Shown here piece after piece: positions 11,420-20,540 of a DNA stretch of 64,000 nt (its first letter is position 1; each line of letters starts with the position of its first letter). Both the position numbers and the translations under genes were made by a program. The DNA lies in the NCBI GenBank assembly GCA_963669175.1, contig OY769902.1:672001-736000 (forward strand). The letters run 5' to 3'. The stretch comes from a bacterium (lineage in GTDB: Bacteria > Electryoneota > Electryoneia > Electryoneales > Electryoneaceae). The notes beneath the pieces were generated by a model that did not search any database, had not been told where the DNA came from, and was given only the letters and a program-made list of their open reading frames with translations.

Positions 11420-11899
11420 ATGCGAGTCTTTCACATGGGTAAAAACCGGTTTCGGGTGTTATCACTGTTCCTGCTGATTATTCTGGCAGCAGGCTGGGGG
11501 TGTGGTGATACCGACGAGGAGTCTGACGAGTCCACATCTGACCTGGTAGGGTTCTGGACACTCAGCGAGTTCTACCAGGATGGAAACCAGGTCAGCCTGG
11601 TTGGAGTAACAAAGACTCTTCAGTTTTGTGAAGATTGGACCGGCAACGCGTTTCAGGAAGTGGCGGAAAACGCCGAAATCCAGTATTCAGAAGATAACTA
11701 TGTTCTGGATTTTATCTGGTCCATAGAAGGCGACACGCTGGTCGTCGAAGATGCGGATGATGTGCTGTTAAGCGCCCGGGCAAGGTTTCAGGTGAACCCC
11801 GACGCCTACGACCCCACTCTTCGCATCAGAAGGGTTGTGATGGATCGCGGGATGACTCACGCGATCGAAGAGTACTATGCGTCAACCGCGCCCGAATAG
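11420..11899 (+). CDS. Lipoprotein, lipocalin-like domain
   Basis: RBS GGAGG upstream; lipobox AGWGC, acidic linker, LVGFWTL (GxW) motif. Confidence 0.65.
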   Translation: MRVFHMGKNRFRVLSLFLLIILAAGWGCGDTDEESDESTSDLVGFWTLSEFYQDGNQVSLVGVTKTLQFCEDWTGNAFQEVAENAEIQYSEDNYVLDFIWSIEGDTLVVEDADDVLLSARARFQVNPDAYDPTLRIRRVVMDRGMTHAIEEYYASTAPE

Positions 11900-11919
11900 G
11901 CGCAGGAAAGGAAATTCTC

Positions 11920-12381
11920 TTGACCATTCGTAAGACTTTTGGTGTGGCAGTTCTTCTGCTTGGCCTGATGGTTCTGGTGTTCGTCCCGGGGTGCAGTGAT
12001 GATGATGATGACGATTCCAAGAAGTCAAATTCACCGATAGTTGGTAGCTGGACGATTGACACACAGGTTATCGTGGGACAGGGTGTAAATGGGAACATCC
12101 AGACAAAAACCGCACGTTTTGCTGATGATCACACCGGCTATCTCAAGCAGGTGATTGTTGAGTATATCCAGGGCGGCACATCAACCACCACCAACGAATC
12201 CACCATGAACTGGAGTGTCACCTCTGATTCGTTGACGGTCAGCCTGTTTAGTGACGTCCCCATTTTACCGTCAAAGATGGCATACACGGTTGCCAACGAT
12301 ACGCTGACACTGGATTATCATACGTCCACCGACAGCGGTAACATCCAGATCATCGAAACGTATTATCCGGCATCGAACTGA
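11920..12381 (+). CDS. Lipoprotein, lipocalin-like domain
   Basis: TTG start; lipobox VPGC, poly-Asp linker, IVGSWTI (GxW) motif. Ends IETYY, like IEEYY in the upstream gene. Confidence 0.65.
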   Translation: MTIRKTFGVAVLLLGLMVLVFVPGCSDDDDDDSKKSNSPIVGSWTIDTQVIVGQGVNGNIQTKTARFADDHTGYLKQVIVEYIQGGTSTTTNESTMNWSVTSDSLTVSLFSDVPILPSKMAYTVANDTLTLDYHTSTDSGNIQIIETYYPASN

Positions 12382-12430
12382 TTGAGAGTAAACCTCACGA
12401 ACCACCGGATTTGGTAAAGGAACCTGCACT

Positions 12431-13021
12431 GTGATGAGTGAAGCCGAAACCATCGCTTTCCTGAAAGAGCATGGCGCTTTGATGGACGGGCATTTTCTGC
12501 TGGCCAGTGGCCTGCATTCTGGCCAGTATGTGGAGAAATTCCGTCTACTGGAAAAACCAGCCGCAACAGAGTCCCTCATAAAAGACCTGGCGGAACGGGT
12601 CCGGAAATATAAACCGGATGTGGTTGTCGGTCCGGTAACCGGCGGCGTTATCCTGTCCTACGAGATGGCGCGTCAGCTCGGCACGTTAGCCTATTTCACG
12701 GAAAAAACCGTGGACAAGGGCATGGAGTTGCGTCGTGGCTTTGATGTCAGAGGCAAACGCGTCCTGTTGATCGAAGATGTCATTACGACCGGCGGCAGCA
12801 TCCTGAAGGCTGCCGAAGCGGTAAAGGCACAGGGCGGCGAAGTTGTAGCCTATGCGATCCTGGTGGACCGCAGCTCCGGCAGATTCCAGCCGGAAGAACC
12901 GGTTGAAGCCGTGTTGAAGCTGGAAATCGCAACCTACCAGCCCGGTGCGGAAACCTGTCCGTTGTGTGCAAAAGGTGTCGACCTGTATAAGCCGGGATCG
13001 GGGTATGCCACTGCGAAGTAA
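12431..13021 (+). CDS. pyrE: Orotate phosphoribosyltransferase
   Basis: GHFLLASGLHS and PRPP-binding VLLIEDVITTGGS; same operon as pyrF. Confidence 0.95.
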   Translation: MMSEAETIAFLKEHGALMDGHFLLASGLHSGQYVEKFRLLEKPAATESLIKDLAERVRKYKPDVVVGPVTGGVILSYEMARQLGTLAYFTEKTVDKGMELRRGFDVRGKRVLLIEDVITTGGSILKAAEAVKAQGGEVVAYAILVDRSSGRFQPEEPVEAVLKLEIATYQPGAETCPLCAKGVDLYKPGSGYATAK

Positions 13022-13799
13022 CGGCAAAATTTCGTTGTGTCCCCTCGCTTCGGGTAGCAAAGGCAACGCCTGGTGGCTGGAAGCATGCGGCACCACAGCG
13101 CTGATTGACGCGGGGGTGTCGTTTAAACAGCTTGGGTTGCGTGCGCAGGAAATCGGACGCGATATCCGTGATGTTGACCACGTGTTCATCACCCACGAAC
13201 ACACGGATCATGTCAAGGGTTTGTCCGTCCTGCTGAAGCGTGCCAAGCCGGTTGTCTGGGCCAGTCGTGGAACCCTCCGCGCCTTGAGGCATATGATTCC
13301 TGAAGGGGCCAGGGTTCGTATGATCAACGGCCGTGAAGAGGTTGCCGGTGGACTTCGAGTGCGGGCACTTCCGGTCAGCCATGATGCTGCGCAACCGTTA
13401 GCCTATCGTTTTGACACGGAAGAAGGCGCGGCAGCGGTGGTAACGGACCTGGGGCAGTGGGATTCTGTGACAGCCAGCGCGGTTACCGGGGTGGATATCC
13501 TGTCCTGCGAAGCCAATCATGATCCCCTGATGCTGCAGAATGGGCCGTACCCCTGGGTATTGAAACAGCGGATCGCTTCCCCACGAGGGCACCTGAGCAA
13601 TAAGGAAGGCGCCAACCTGGCGATGAACGCAGTGCGTGAAGGCGCACGCTGTGTTATTCTGAGCCACCTGAGCGAACAGAACAATTCGCCCGAGGTCGCG
13701 TTCGAGGTTTTCCGTGAGCTGGTAGTACGGGAACAGTATACCACAGAGATCGAGATTGCCACGCAGCATACTCCCGGTCCCTGGGTTGAAGGTGTGTAA
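13005..13799 (+). CDS. MBL-fold metallo-hydrolase (YycJ/WalJ-like)
   Basis: LASGSKGN, THEHTDH, SHDA, EANHD, GHLSN and HLSEQNN motifs. Start moved to the ATG at 13005, overlapping the pyrE end. Confidence 0.88.
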   Translation: MPLRSNGKISLCPLASGSKGNAWWLEACGTTALIDAGVSFKQLGLRAQEIGRDIRDVDHVFITHEHTDHVKGLSVLLKRAKPVVWASRGTLRALRHMIPEGARVRMINGREEVAGGLRVRALPVSHDAAQPLAYRFDTEEGAAAVVTDLGQWDSVTASAVTGVDILSCEANHDPLMLQNGPYPWVLKQRIASPRGHLSNKEGANLAMNAVREGARCVILSHLSEQNNSPEVAFEVFRELVVREQYTTEIEIATQHTPGPWVEGV

Positions 13800-13842
13800 A
13801 AAAAGAGATCGTTCATTATACATGCAACAGAGGTGTTGAGAC

Positions 13843-14490
13843 ATGAAGTTGACACGTGCTCGCTGGATCGTGCTGTCCCTTACGGCAGCAGTGAGCCTGA
13901 TGGCGGCGGTATCGGGTTTTGCACAGGAACGCATGGCTCCCGCCCCAAGCCAGGAGGAATTGATGGCCATTGAACAAACCAAGGTTGATCCCGAAATCGC
14001 CATAATGGAAACATCCAAGGGCACGATCAAGATCGGGTTTTTCCCGGATGTCGCCCCGAATCACGTTGCTCGTTTCAAGGAACTCGCACGGGAAGGCTTT
14101 TACGACGGTATCCTGTTCCACCGTGTAATCCCGAATTTCATGATCCAGGCCGGTGACCCCCAGACCAAGGACCCCAACTGTGATCGTCGCATGATGGGCT
14201 CCGGCGGTTCTGACAAGCCGAACCTGAAAGCGGAATTCAATGACCGTCTGCATTACCCCGGCACCTTGTCCGCAGCGCGCGCCCAGAGCCCGAACTCGGC
14301 CAACAGCCAGTTCTTCCTTTGCCATGCTCGTTCACCATGGCTGGACAACAAGTATACTGTCTATGGCCACGTGATTGAAGGCATGGAAGTGATTGACGCT
14401 ATCGCCACAGCAGATCGTGATAAGGGCGATAACCCTATCGAACCGATTAAGATTATATCAGTTACGATTGTGGAACGGGATAAGCAGTAA
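13843..14490 (+). CDS. Cyclophilin-type peptidyl-prolyl isomerase, exported
   Basis: Signal peptide; FYDGILFHRVIPNFMIQAGDP and SANSQFFLC motifs. Confidence 0.93.
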   Translation: MKLTRARWIVLSLTAAVSLMAAVSGFAQERMAPAPSQEELMAIEQTKVDPEIAIMETSKGTIKIGFFPDVAPNHVARFKELAREGFYDGILFHRVIPNFMIQAGDPQTKDPNCDRRMMGSGGSDKPNLKAEFNDRLHYPGTLSAARAQSPNSANSQFFLCHARSPWLDNKYTVYGHVIEGMEVIDAIATADRDKGDNPIEPIKIISVTIVERDKQ

Positions 14491-14520
14491 GCTTTTCAGT
14501 TATATCTGTTGATACAGCAA

Positions 14521-14548
14521 GAGCCCGGCGGCAAGCCGGGCTCTCTTA
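14521..14548 (+). terminator. Probable intrinsic terminator
   Basis: GAGCCCGGC-GGCAA-GCCGGGCTC hairpin followed by a T-rich tract after the cyclophilin gene. Confidence 0.65.
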
Positions 14549-14580
14549 TGTTTCTGGCTGTTTTGAACGGAAAAGCAGGC

Positions 14581-14823
14581 GAAAAATGGGACTGTTACCT
14601 TTTCATTTGTTCACGTGCAAGACAATAAAACCAGTTTTGATGAAAAGGTAACTGTACCAGATTTTTCGCTTACTGCTACGGGATGGCTCGTGCGGGAAAA
14701 TGTCGGGACAGCCACCTTTTCGCTATATGTTATCCAGTAAGCAATACCCAGAGTCTGAAATTCAACATGGTTCACAATCCACAGCATATTCGCAGCGAAA
14801 AGAGTGGGCAGTCCCCATTTTCC
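14581..14823. repeat. Cluster of GGGAC(A/T)G..ACCTTTTC-type palindromic units forming inverted pairs
   Basis: AAAAATGGGACTGTTACCTTTTC pairs with GAAAAGGTAACTGTACCAGATTTTT; GGGACAGCCACCTTTTCG pairs with CGAAAAGAGTGGGCAGTCCCC. Related units lie at 40073-40265. Confidence 0.6.
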
Positions 14824-14892
14824 ATCGGCAATTCACCACATTTGACCTGAAAGCCCCAAAAAACGGAATAATGTCGGGGTCACCTGTAGTAA

Positions 14893-15771
14893 TCAGGATA
14901 TCTTATCCAGTACATAATCCGCATATAGATCAGCAGCATCAATACCATGCGCTTCCGACAATCCACGGAACCCGCCAAACGCGGTCACTTCAAAGACAAA
15001 CGGGCCTTTTTCTGTCATCACCACATCCACGCTGGTGAAATCCAGCCCGAAAGCAGCCTGGGCCATGTGAGCGATTTTGATCACATCGTCGTCGGGTGCA
15101 ACGGGTTTGTAGCGTCCAGCATCCTGATCGTCGGTGATATAAGCAGAATCATTATTGCCACGGGTATAGCTTGCTACATATTCTCCACCCATGAACACCA
15201 TATCAAAATTCTGGCCTGGTGCGTCCAGCAATTTCTGGATGTAGAATATGCTATTGCTGTCATCACGGAATTTCCCGGCCTGGGCAAAATGATCGGCATT
15301 TTCTTCGACAATCATCATGCCGCGTGTTTTCGACGAGTACAGTGGCTTCAGAATGGAGGTCTTGAATCGTTTCATGGCCGCAACCGCTTCGTCAATGTCT
15401 TCTGTGATACGTGTCGGCGGCATGGGTATCCCGGCGCCACGCAGGGTCAGGGTGTTGTTCATGCGGTCAACGGCACGAATCATGGCGTCAGGTGTGGAAA
15501 ACACCGGGAGGCCGACCATTTCGTGGAGATAACGCAACAGCTCCATGCGACGCATCAGGCTGGGTGAATACCGTCGGCCAATCTTCTTTACAACAATGGC
15601 ATCGAGACTATTTAATTCGACATCACGGTACCAGGCTTTCCCCGTTTCCACATCGAAAACGACTTTATCCAGCTCGATCATGAGCCGATAGCCTGTCTTA
15701 TTCTCTACAGCAGACAGTAAGCGCTCTGATGACCAACCACCGTTAACCCCAACAACGCCTATTCTTTTCAT
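14893..15771 (-). CDS. RimK-like ATP-grasp enzyme resembling the GAK-system ATP-grasp family
   Basis: Starts MKRIGVVGVNGGWSSERL; KPLYSSKTRGM; LDFTSVDVVMTEKGPFVFEVTAFGGFRGL. Start set at ATG 15771. Confidence 0.8.
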   Translation of the reverse strand: MKRIGVVGVNGGWSSERLLSAVENKTGYRLMIELDKVVFDVETGKAWYRDVELNSLDAIVVKKIGRRYSPSLMRRMELLRYLHEMVGLPVFSTPDAMIRAVDRMNNTLTLRGAGIPMPPTRITEDIDEAVAAMKRFKTSILKPLYSSKTRGMMIVEENADHFAQAGKFRDDSNSIFYIQKLLDAPGQNFDMVFMGGEYVASYTRGNNDSAYITDDQDAGRYKPVAPDDDVIKIAHMAQAAFGLDFTSVDVVMTEKGPFVFEVTAFGGFRGLSEAHGIDAADLYADYVLDKIS

Positions 15772-16168
15772 CTGGTACTCTCTCCGGTTCTTTAGTGTGG
15801 TAAGAATGAAAGCACGTTTACACTGTTTTGCAATATGCAAACCCCGGCCAGAGAATTTTTCCGGTGATACTGACGTGTCTGGCGCACTACGACGGCGTCT
15901 GTGGGACAATAAGATAATTCACGACCAAGGCAAGCGTAACAGTCATTATATTGCGAGGATACCTTGATGGTGTTTCTTCTTTGGCTATGAAGAACTTCAG
16001 GACAGAAGCGTACAAAACGAATATCAGAGTTTCATTTGGCTGATCAGGATATAGAGGCTACAAAAGTCTCTTTACCTAAATGTTGCTTCTTGTTCCCTGT
16101 TTTGAAGACTCTTACTTTTTAGCAGGGACAAAAACAGGTAAACCAATTCCTTGCGAAGGTGGGACTTC

Positions 16169-16645
16169 ATGTTAAAGATTGAACATGTAAATCCTTTTGT
16201 GAAAAGCGCCACAAAAACCATGACCATGATGCTTGGCTTGCAACCTGCAGCCAAGAAACCCTATTTGAAAGGCACCCAGCCCAATTGGGGGGATGTCAGC
16301 GGTATCATCGGTTTTGCCGGTGAAAAAGTCCATGGCTCCATTGCCCTGTGTATGCCTGACCTGTCTGCCCTGGAAATCTATTCTGCCATGATGGGAGAAA
16401 CAGCAGAGACCATCACGCCCGATGTGCAGGACGCCATTTCGGAACTGGCCAATATTGTCGCCGGAAATGCCAAAACCGTGTTCGCCAAGATGGATCTGCA
16501 TTTTAACATCACCATCCCTACCGTCATTGTTGGCAAAGAACATATGATCTCTTACCAGGATAAGGATATTGTCCTGGTGATTCCATTTGATATGGGCGGC
16601 AGCCCCTTCTACATGGAACTCCTGATCAAGGTTATCGGCGAGTAA
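16169..16645 (+). CDS. cheX: Chemotaxis phosphatase CheX
   Basis: VNPFV, GDVSGIIG, DAISELANIVAGNA (ExxN) and ITIPTVIVG motifs. Confidence 0.9.
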   Translation: MLKIEHVNPFVKSATKTMTMMLGLQPAAKKPYLKGTQPNWGDVSGIIGFAGEKVHGSIALCMPDLSALEIYSAMMGETAETITPDVQDAISELANIVAGNAKTVFAKMDLHFNITIPTVIVGKEHMISYQDKDIVLVIPFDMGGSPFYMELLIKVIGE

Positions 16646-16667
16646 AACATTAACCCTGTCATTTTCC

Positions 16668-16994
16668 ATGAAACGATCCTCACGCAAAGACGGCCTGGTT
16701 TTCTCCACAGGACAGGCGCCTCCGGAACCGGAAGCAACCGAGTCTGAACCAATCGCCTCGGGGCCACGTGTGGCCGTACTTCGCCTGGAGAAAAAAGGAC
16801 GCGGAGGCAAAGCCGTGTCGGTGGTCGAGCTTCGGAATGTGCCCGGTAGCGAAATTCTGGATCTGGGCAAGAAACTGAAAAGCGGGTGCGGAGTCGGCGG
16901 CACCACAAAAGGTGATCTTATCGAAATCCAGGGCGATCAACGTGAACGCCTGCGTGACCTGCTCCAGAAAGAAGGCCTTCAAGTGAAAGGATAA
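16668..16994 (+). CDS. yciH: SUI1/eIF1-like protein YciH
   Basis: EKKGRGGKAV, LKSGCGVGGT and IEIQGD motifs. Confidence 0.92.
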   Translation: MKRSSRKDGLVFSTGQAPPEPEATESEPIASGPRVAVLRLEKKGRGGKAVSVVELRNVPGSEILDLGKKLKSGCGVGGTTKGDLIEIQGDQRERLRDLLQKEGLQVKG

Positions 16995-17004
16995 CGCTTT
17001 GCTC

Positions 17005-17033
17005 AATTAAGAATTAAGAGTTAAGAATTAAAA
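17005..17033. repeat. Heptamer tandem repeat, about 4 copies of AATTAAG
   Basis: aattaag aattaag agttaag aattaaa. Confidence 0.7.
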
Positions 17034-17151
17034 TAATGGCGCTGGAATCAGGAATTGGACACTATGACCTGTTTTTTATTTGTGATTGATGCTCGTGTTA
17101 TGTGATCAAGCTGACTTTGCTGCTGTCTTACCCTTTTTCACTTTTTTCACT

Positions 17152-18027
17152 TTACTCTTTTTTCACTTCCTTTAGCTTTATCCTTATATCCAACACCTTC
17201 CCATCCACCACCGCGATCCCGTATTCATTGTTATAATCTTTCCAGACAAGACGATCTGCCTGTTTTTCCTGTACAGTCAAATAGGGATCGAGGTCGGCGA
17301 CCAGGTTGGCGAATGCTTTTTGTGCTGCATCTTCTGTTGGATACTCGATGACCAGACGGCTGAAAGTTGTGCCATCTGCCAGTGCATATTTTCCAGTCAC
17401 ACCGAAGATTTCGCCGCCGAGCAGAAGTATATCTCCGTCGCCGAAGGTGTAGAACGGTTGCAGGGCAAACTCGCCACGTACCAGTTTTTCCGAACCGGCT
17501 ATCAGTCCCTCGGTTGGCAACACATCCAGGAGTGTGATTTCCGGTGAAGCTTCCAATCGGTCCAGAACGGCATTAACAGCCTGAATCAGCACAGGCAGCA
17601 GGTCTTCGCCGCGAGTGTAACTGTTTGCCTTGATGTAACAATTGTTCTTTAACGCGATAACCTGGGAGGTCGAAGTATTGTTGCGAGCGTTGACTCTTTT
17701 ATCCTGCGCTTCCTTGCCGCATTTCGCCAGGTAAATTCCCAACGCCGCTTCAGGACTTGCCATTACATAGATCTCCAGCCCGATTTCGGCCTCGCCATGT
17801 TGATAACGCTGTACTTTCAGCTCGGTGAAACCGTATTCCAGGAACAGTTCCGCACCACCGTTGATATGGCCATACAGGTCTTCCGCGGTAAATTCCCTGT
17901 AACTCGACGGCGCTATAGTCCACCCGGAGCTGAACCCATCGGACGGCATCACCGGGGCGGCATAGGTCGCTACAGACAACAGCATACATACAGAAAACAG
18001 ACCAGCAATGAACTTCTGTATAGTCAT
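17152..18027 (-). CDS. Exported protein, DUF6599-like
   Basis: Signal peptide MTIQKF...AA; LYGHINGGAELFLEYGF and EIYVMASPEAALGIY are typical of this uncharacterised family. Confidence 0.6.
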   Translation of the reverse strand: MTIQKFIAGLFSVCMLLSVATYAAPVMPSDGFSSGWTIAPSSYREFTAEDLYGHINGGAELFLEYGFTELKVQRYQHGEAEIGLEIYVMASPEAALGIYLAKCGKEAQDKRVNARNNTSTSQVIALKNNCYIKANSYTRGEDLLPVLIQAVNAVLDRLEASPEITLLDVLPTEGLIAGSEKLVRGEFALQPFYTFGDGDILLLGGEIFGVTGKYALADGTTFSRLVIEYPTEDAAQKAFANLVADLDPYLTVQEKQADRLVWKDYNNEYGIAVVDGKVLDIRIKLKEVKKE

Positions 18028-18037
18028 GGAATTCACA

Positions 18038-18580
18038 TCAGTCCTCGTTCGCTTCGTGTTCTTGTTCTTGATCTTCCATTTCGCCCTGCTCTTGAACCGT
18101 AGCAATATCAGCAGGTTCATCCGGCATGGTATACTCGCTACGGATTTCCGTATGCCTGATCTTACCCCCGGCATTCCCGGTTATTGCCATCAATGTTGTG
18201 GTTGCCAATACCAGCGCCAGCACAACCACCCAGGCCCATATCGGTGTTTCAAACTGTTTCCTGATAGCCAGGAAAAGCAGTCCCAGTGCGGCAATACCTG
18301 TGATAATTCCGGCGATATTAGCCGTTTCCGCCATTTCTTCATGTTCATGTATAACCTCATGGGTCACACCAGGTAACCCCTCAACAAGGTCTTCTGCACC
18401 CTCCCCGCTTTCCAGGGACAAAACCGAACCAATGGCGCTGATAAACAGTACCAGCACAACAGCGGTTGTTATTCCCTTTTCATCGCGTTTCCACAACCCA
18501 ATCAGGGTCAGGATGACCCCGATTCCAAAACCGATAATGGGCACATGGTTTACCAGCAGGTGAAAATGAGCGGCGTTCAT
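18038..18580 (-). CDS. Membrane protein, DUF2231-like
   Basis: RBS GGAGG; HLLVNHVP, SGEGAE, IHEHEE and GGKIRH motifs; four hydrophobic helices with conserved His residues. Confidence 0.7.
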   Translation of the reverse strand: MNAAHFHLLVNHVPIIGFGIGVILTLIGLWKRDEKGITTAVVLVLFISAIGSVLSLESGEGAEDLVEGLPGVTHEVIHEHEEMAETANIAGIITGIAALGLLFLAIRKQFETPIWAWVVVLALVLATTTLMAITGNAGGKIRHTEIRSEYTMPDEPADIATVQEQGEMEDQEQEHEANED

Positions 18581-18680
18581 GTTTTCCTCCCGTATTTTAC
18601 GGCGAACCAACATCAAGGTGCAAAAAGGGAACACGACGGGCAAGGCTGGACATGAAAAAAAGTTGTATTTGAAAACCCGG

Positions 18681-20186
18681 TTACCAAATCGGTGATACAG
18701 GACGGAAGTGTATTCCCAATCCGGCCAGCATACGCACATTTGTTTGCAGGCGCTGAAAAAAGGCGGTTGGATCTTCTATCTGATGCCCGCCCCAGAGCGT
18801 TTCGCTTAATGCGCACAAACGCGGCAATAACATGTAGTGCAAGTGATTTTCGGTACTGATCCGCTCGGTCCAGACATTGGCCTGTCCCCCCAGCACCTTG
18901 CTGCGTTCAGAGGGATCGATACCTTCCGGGACAGGATTGAAGCTCATGACATTTTCCAGGGTCAGCACTGCGTCAAAAGCTTCCGGTTCGCCACTTTCGG
19001 CTTGAGCGTAGTCAAAATAGCAGTGGCTGACAGGTGACATGACGACATGATGTCCCTGTTTGACGGCATTGAGCCCGTGATCCACTCCACGCCATGCCAT
19101 AACAATCGCACCCTCCGGCGCGTCACGGTCCAGGATCTCGTCCCAGCCAACCAGCGTTTTGCCTTTACGTTTCAACAAATCCCCCACCCACCGATTGAGC
19201 CAGCCCTGCAAGTAATCAATCCCCGGCAGGTTTTCTTTCTGCGCCAGCGCTTTGCAACGATCGCAGGTCTGCCACTGTTCCGAAGGACACTCATCACCGC
19301 CGATATGCACCCAGGGACCGGGGAACAGGGCGGTAACTTCGTTCAGTACTGTTTCCAGGAAGGTGAGCGTTTCGGGATTGGACGGGCACAGCACATCATT
19401 GAAAATACCCCATGTGGTAGGCACTTCCACCGTCTGACCGTGACAGGACAATTCCGGGTACGCCGCCAGCACTGCGCTGGCATGGCCGGGCAGCTCTATT
19501 TCCGGTACAATGGTGATTCCCAGCTTCTCCGCATACTTCACCACGCGCCGAATGTCATCTTTGGTGTAGTAGCCGCCGCAACGAATGCCGTCTGCTTCGA
19601 TACGATACGCGCCAACTTCGGTCAACTTTGGGTAGGCGTCGATCTGGATGCGCCAACCCTGATCGTCTGTCAGGTGCCAATGGAAGATGTTGATCTTGTA
19701 CAGGGTAAGGATGTCCAGAAATCGTTCGACCACCTCCACCGGGAAAAAATGACGAGATACATCCAGGTGCATCCCCCGCCACTTCAGCGCTGGGGCATCT
19801 TCCATATGGCAACAGGGTATTGTGATTTCTGTCCCTGATGTTTCTGCGTTTGCGATTAGCTGCAACAGGCTGGCAATACCGTGCATGATTCCCTGATAGT
19901 CAGGGGCGTCCAGTTGGATGTGATCCGGTTCGATGGATAGCGTGTAGGATTCTTCCGCTCTGCCGGTGTCATTGGTCAGATTCAGTTGAATTACAGGTGA
20001 TTTGCCTGCTTGAGTGCTGGATACGATTCGAACGGCTATATCAGGTATCAGGGATTTTACAGTACGCTGAAAGAAGTCGGCAGCGGGAAGCAGTTCCTGT
20101 TGAACACAATGAAGCGTCAACGGCTGCGTTCTATCGAATGTAGCATTTCCTTCCATTCGCTCAAACTGTACTGGCTTCGGGATCAT
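18681..20186 (-). CDS. Beta-N-acetylhexosaminidase (GH20), no signal peptide
   Basis: WRGMHLDVSRHFF, HWHLTDDQGWR, PEIELPGH, catalytic HIGGDE, GGQANVWTE. An in-frame TAA lies 8 codons upstream of the ATG. Confidence 0.95.
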   Translation of the reverse strand: MIPKPVQFERMEGNATFDRTQPLTLHCVQQELLPAADFFQRTVKSLIPDIAVRIVSSTQAGKSPVIQLNLTNDTGRAEESYTLSIEPDHIQLDAPDYQGIMHGIASLLQLIANAETSGTEITIPCCHMEDAPALKWRGMHLDVSRHFFPVEVVERFLDILTLYKINIFHWHLTDDQGWRIQIDAYPKLTEVGAYRIEADGIRCGGYYTKDDIRRVVKYAEKLGITIVPEIELPGHASAVLAAYPELSCHGQTVEVPTTWGIFNDVLCPSNPETLTFLETVLNEVTALFPGPWVHIGGDECPSEQWQTCDRCKALAQKENLPGIDYLQGWLNRWVGDLLKRKGKTLVGWDEILDRDAPEGAIVMAWRGVDHGLNAVKQGHHVVMSPVSHCYFDYAQAESGEPEAFDAVLTLENVMSFNPVPEGIDPSERSKVLGGQANVWTERISTENHLHYMLLPRLCALSETLWGGHQIEDPTAFFQRLQTNVRMLAGLGIHFRPVSPIW

Positions 20187-20284
20187 CGGTTTCTCGTTTT
20201 TGTTCCGTTACAACAACCTCAATCTGCTCTTGAAAAGCGTCCTCAGGCGCCCAGGGAGTTCGTTCCCTGGGCTTCAAAGGGATG

Positions 20285-20535
20285 AAAACCGAAGGACTGA
20301 TTCTTTTATTTTTTTAGAATAGACCACCGCCGGGCAATCGCCTTCGCAAGCTACGGCGCTTTCAAGCCGGCGGGGCCAAAAGGATACTCACGTCGATTCT
20401 AGAGATCCCCGTTCAAGCCGGGGATGACATGGTATTTGGCTGCCTTTTCCGCTTCGTTTCAGCACGCTTCAAGCTGGCGGGGCCAACGTGAGTCTTCGCT
20501 TCGCTACAGCGTGCTTCAAGCCGGCGGGGCCAATA
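20285..20535. repeat. Composite REP-like block: TAGACCACCGCCGG...TTCAAGCCGGCGGGGCC hairpin, GATCCCC..GGGGATGAC hairpin, two extra half units
   Basis: Colinear homologue at 36869-37030; the first hairpin recurs at 37507-37565. Confidence 0.8.
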
Positions 20536-20540
20536 CAGAT

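Noticed and set aside
20361-20533. Three copies of TTCAAG(C/T)..GGCGGGGCCAA resembling a mini CRISPR array
   Set aside because: Spacing is irregular (about 107 and 47 bp), the spacers are themselves related palindromes, dispersed copies occur elsewhere and there are no cas genes.
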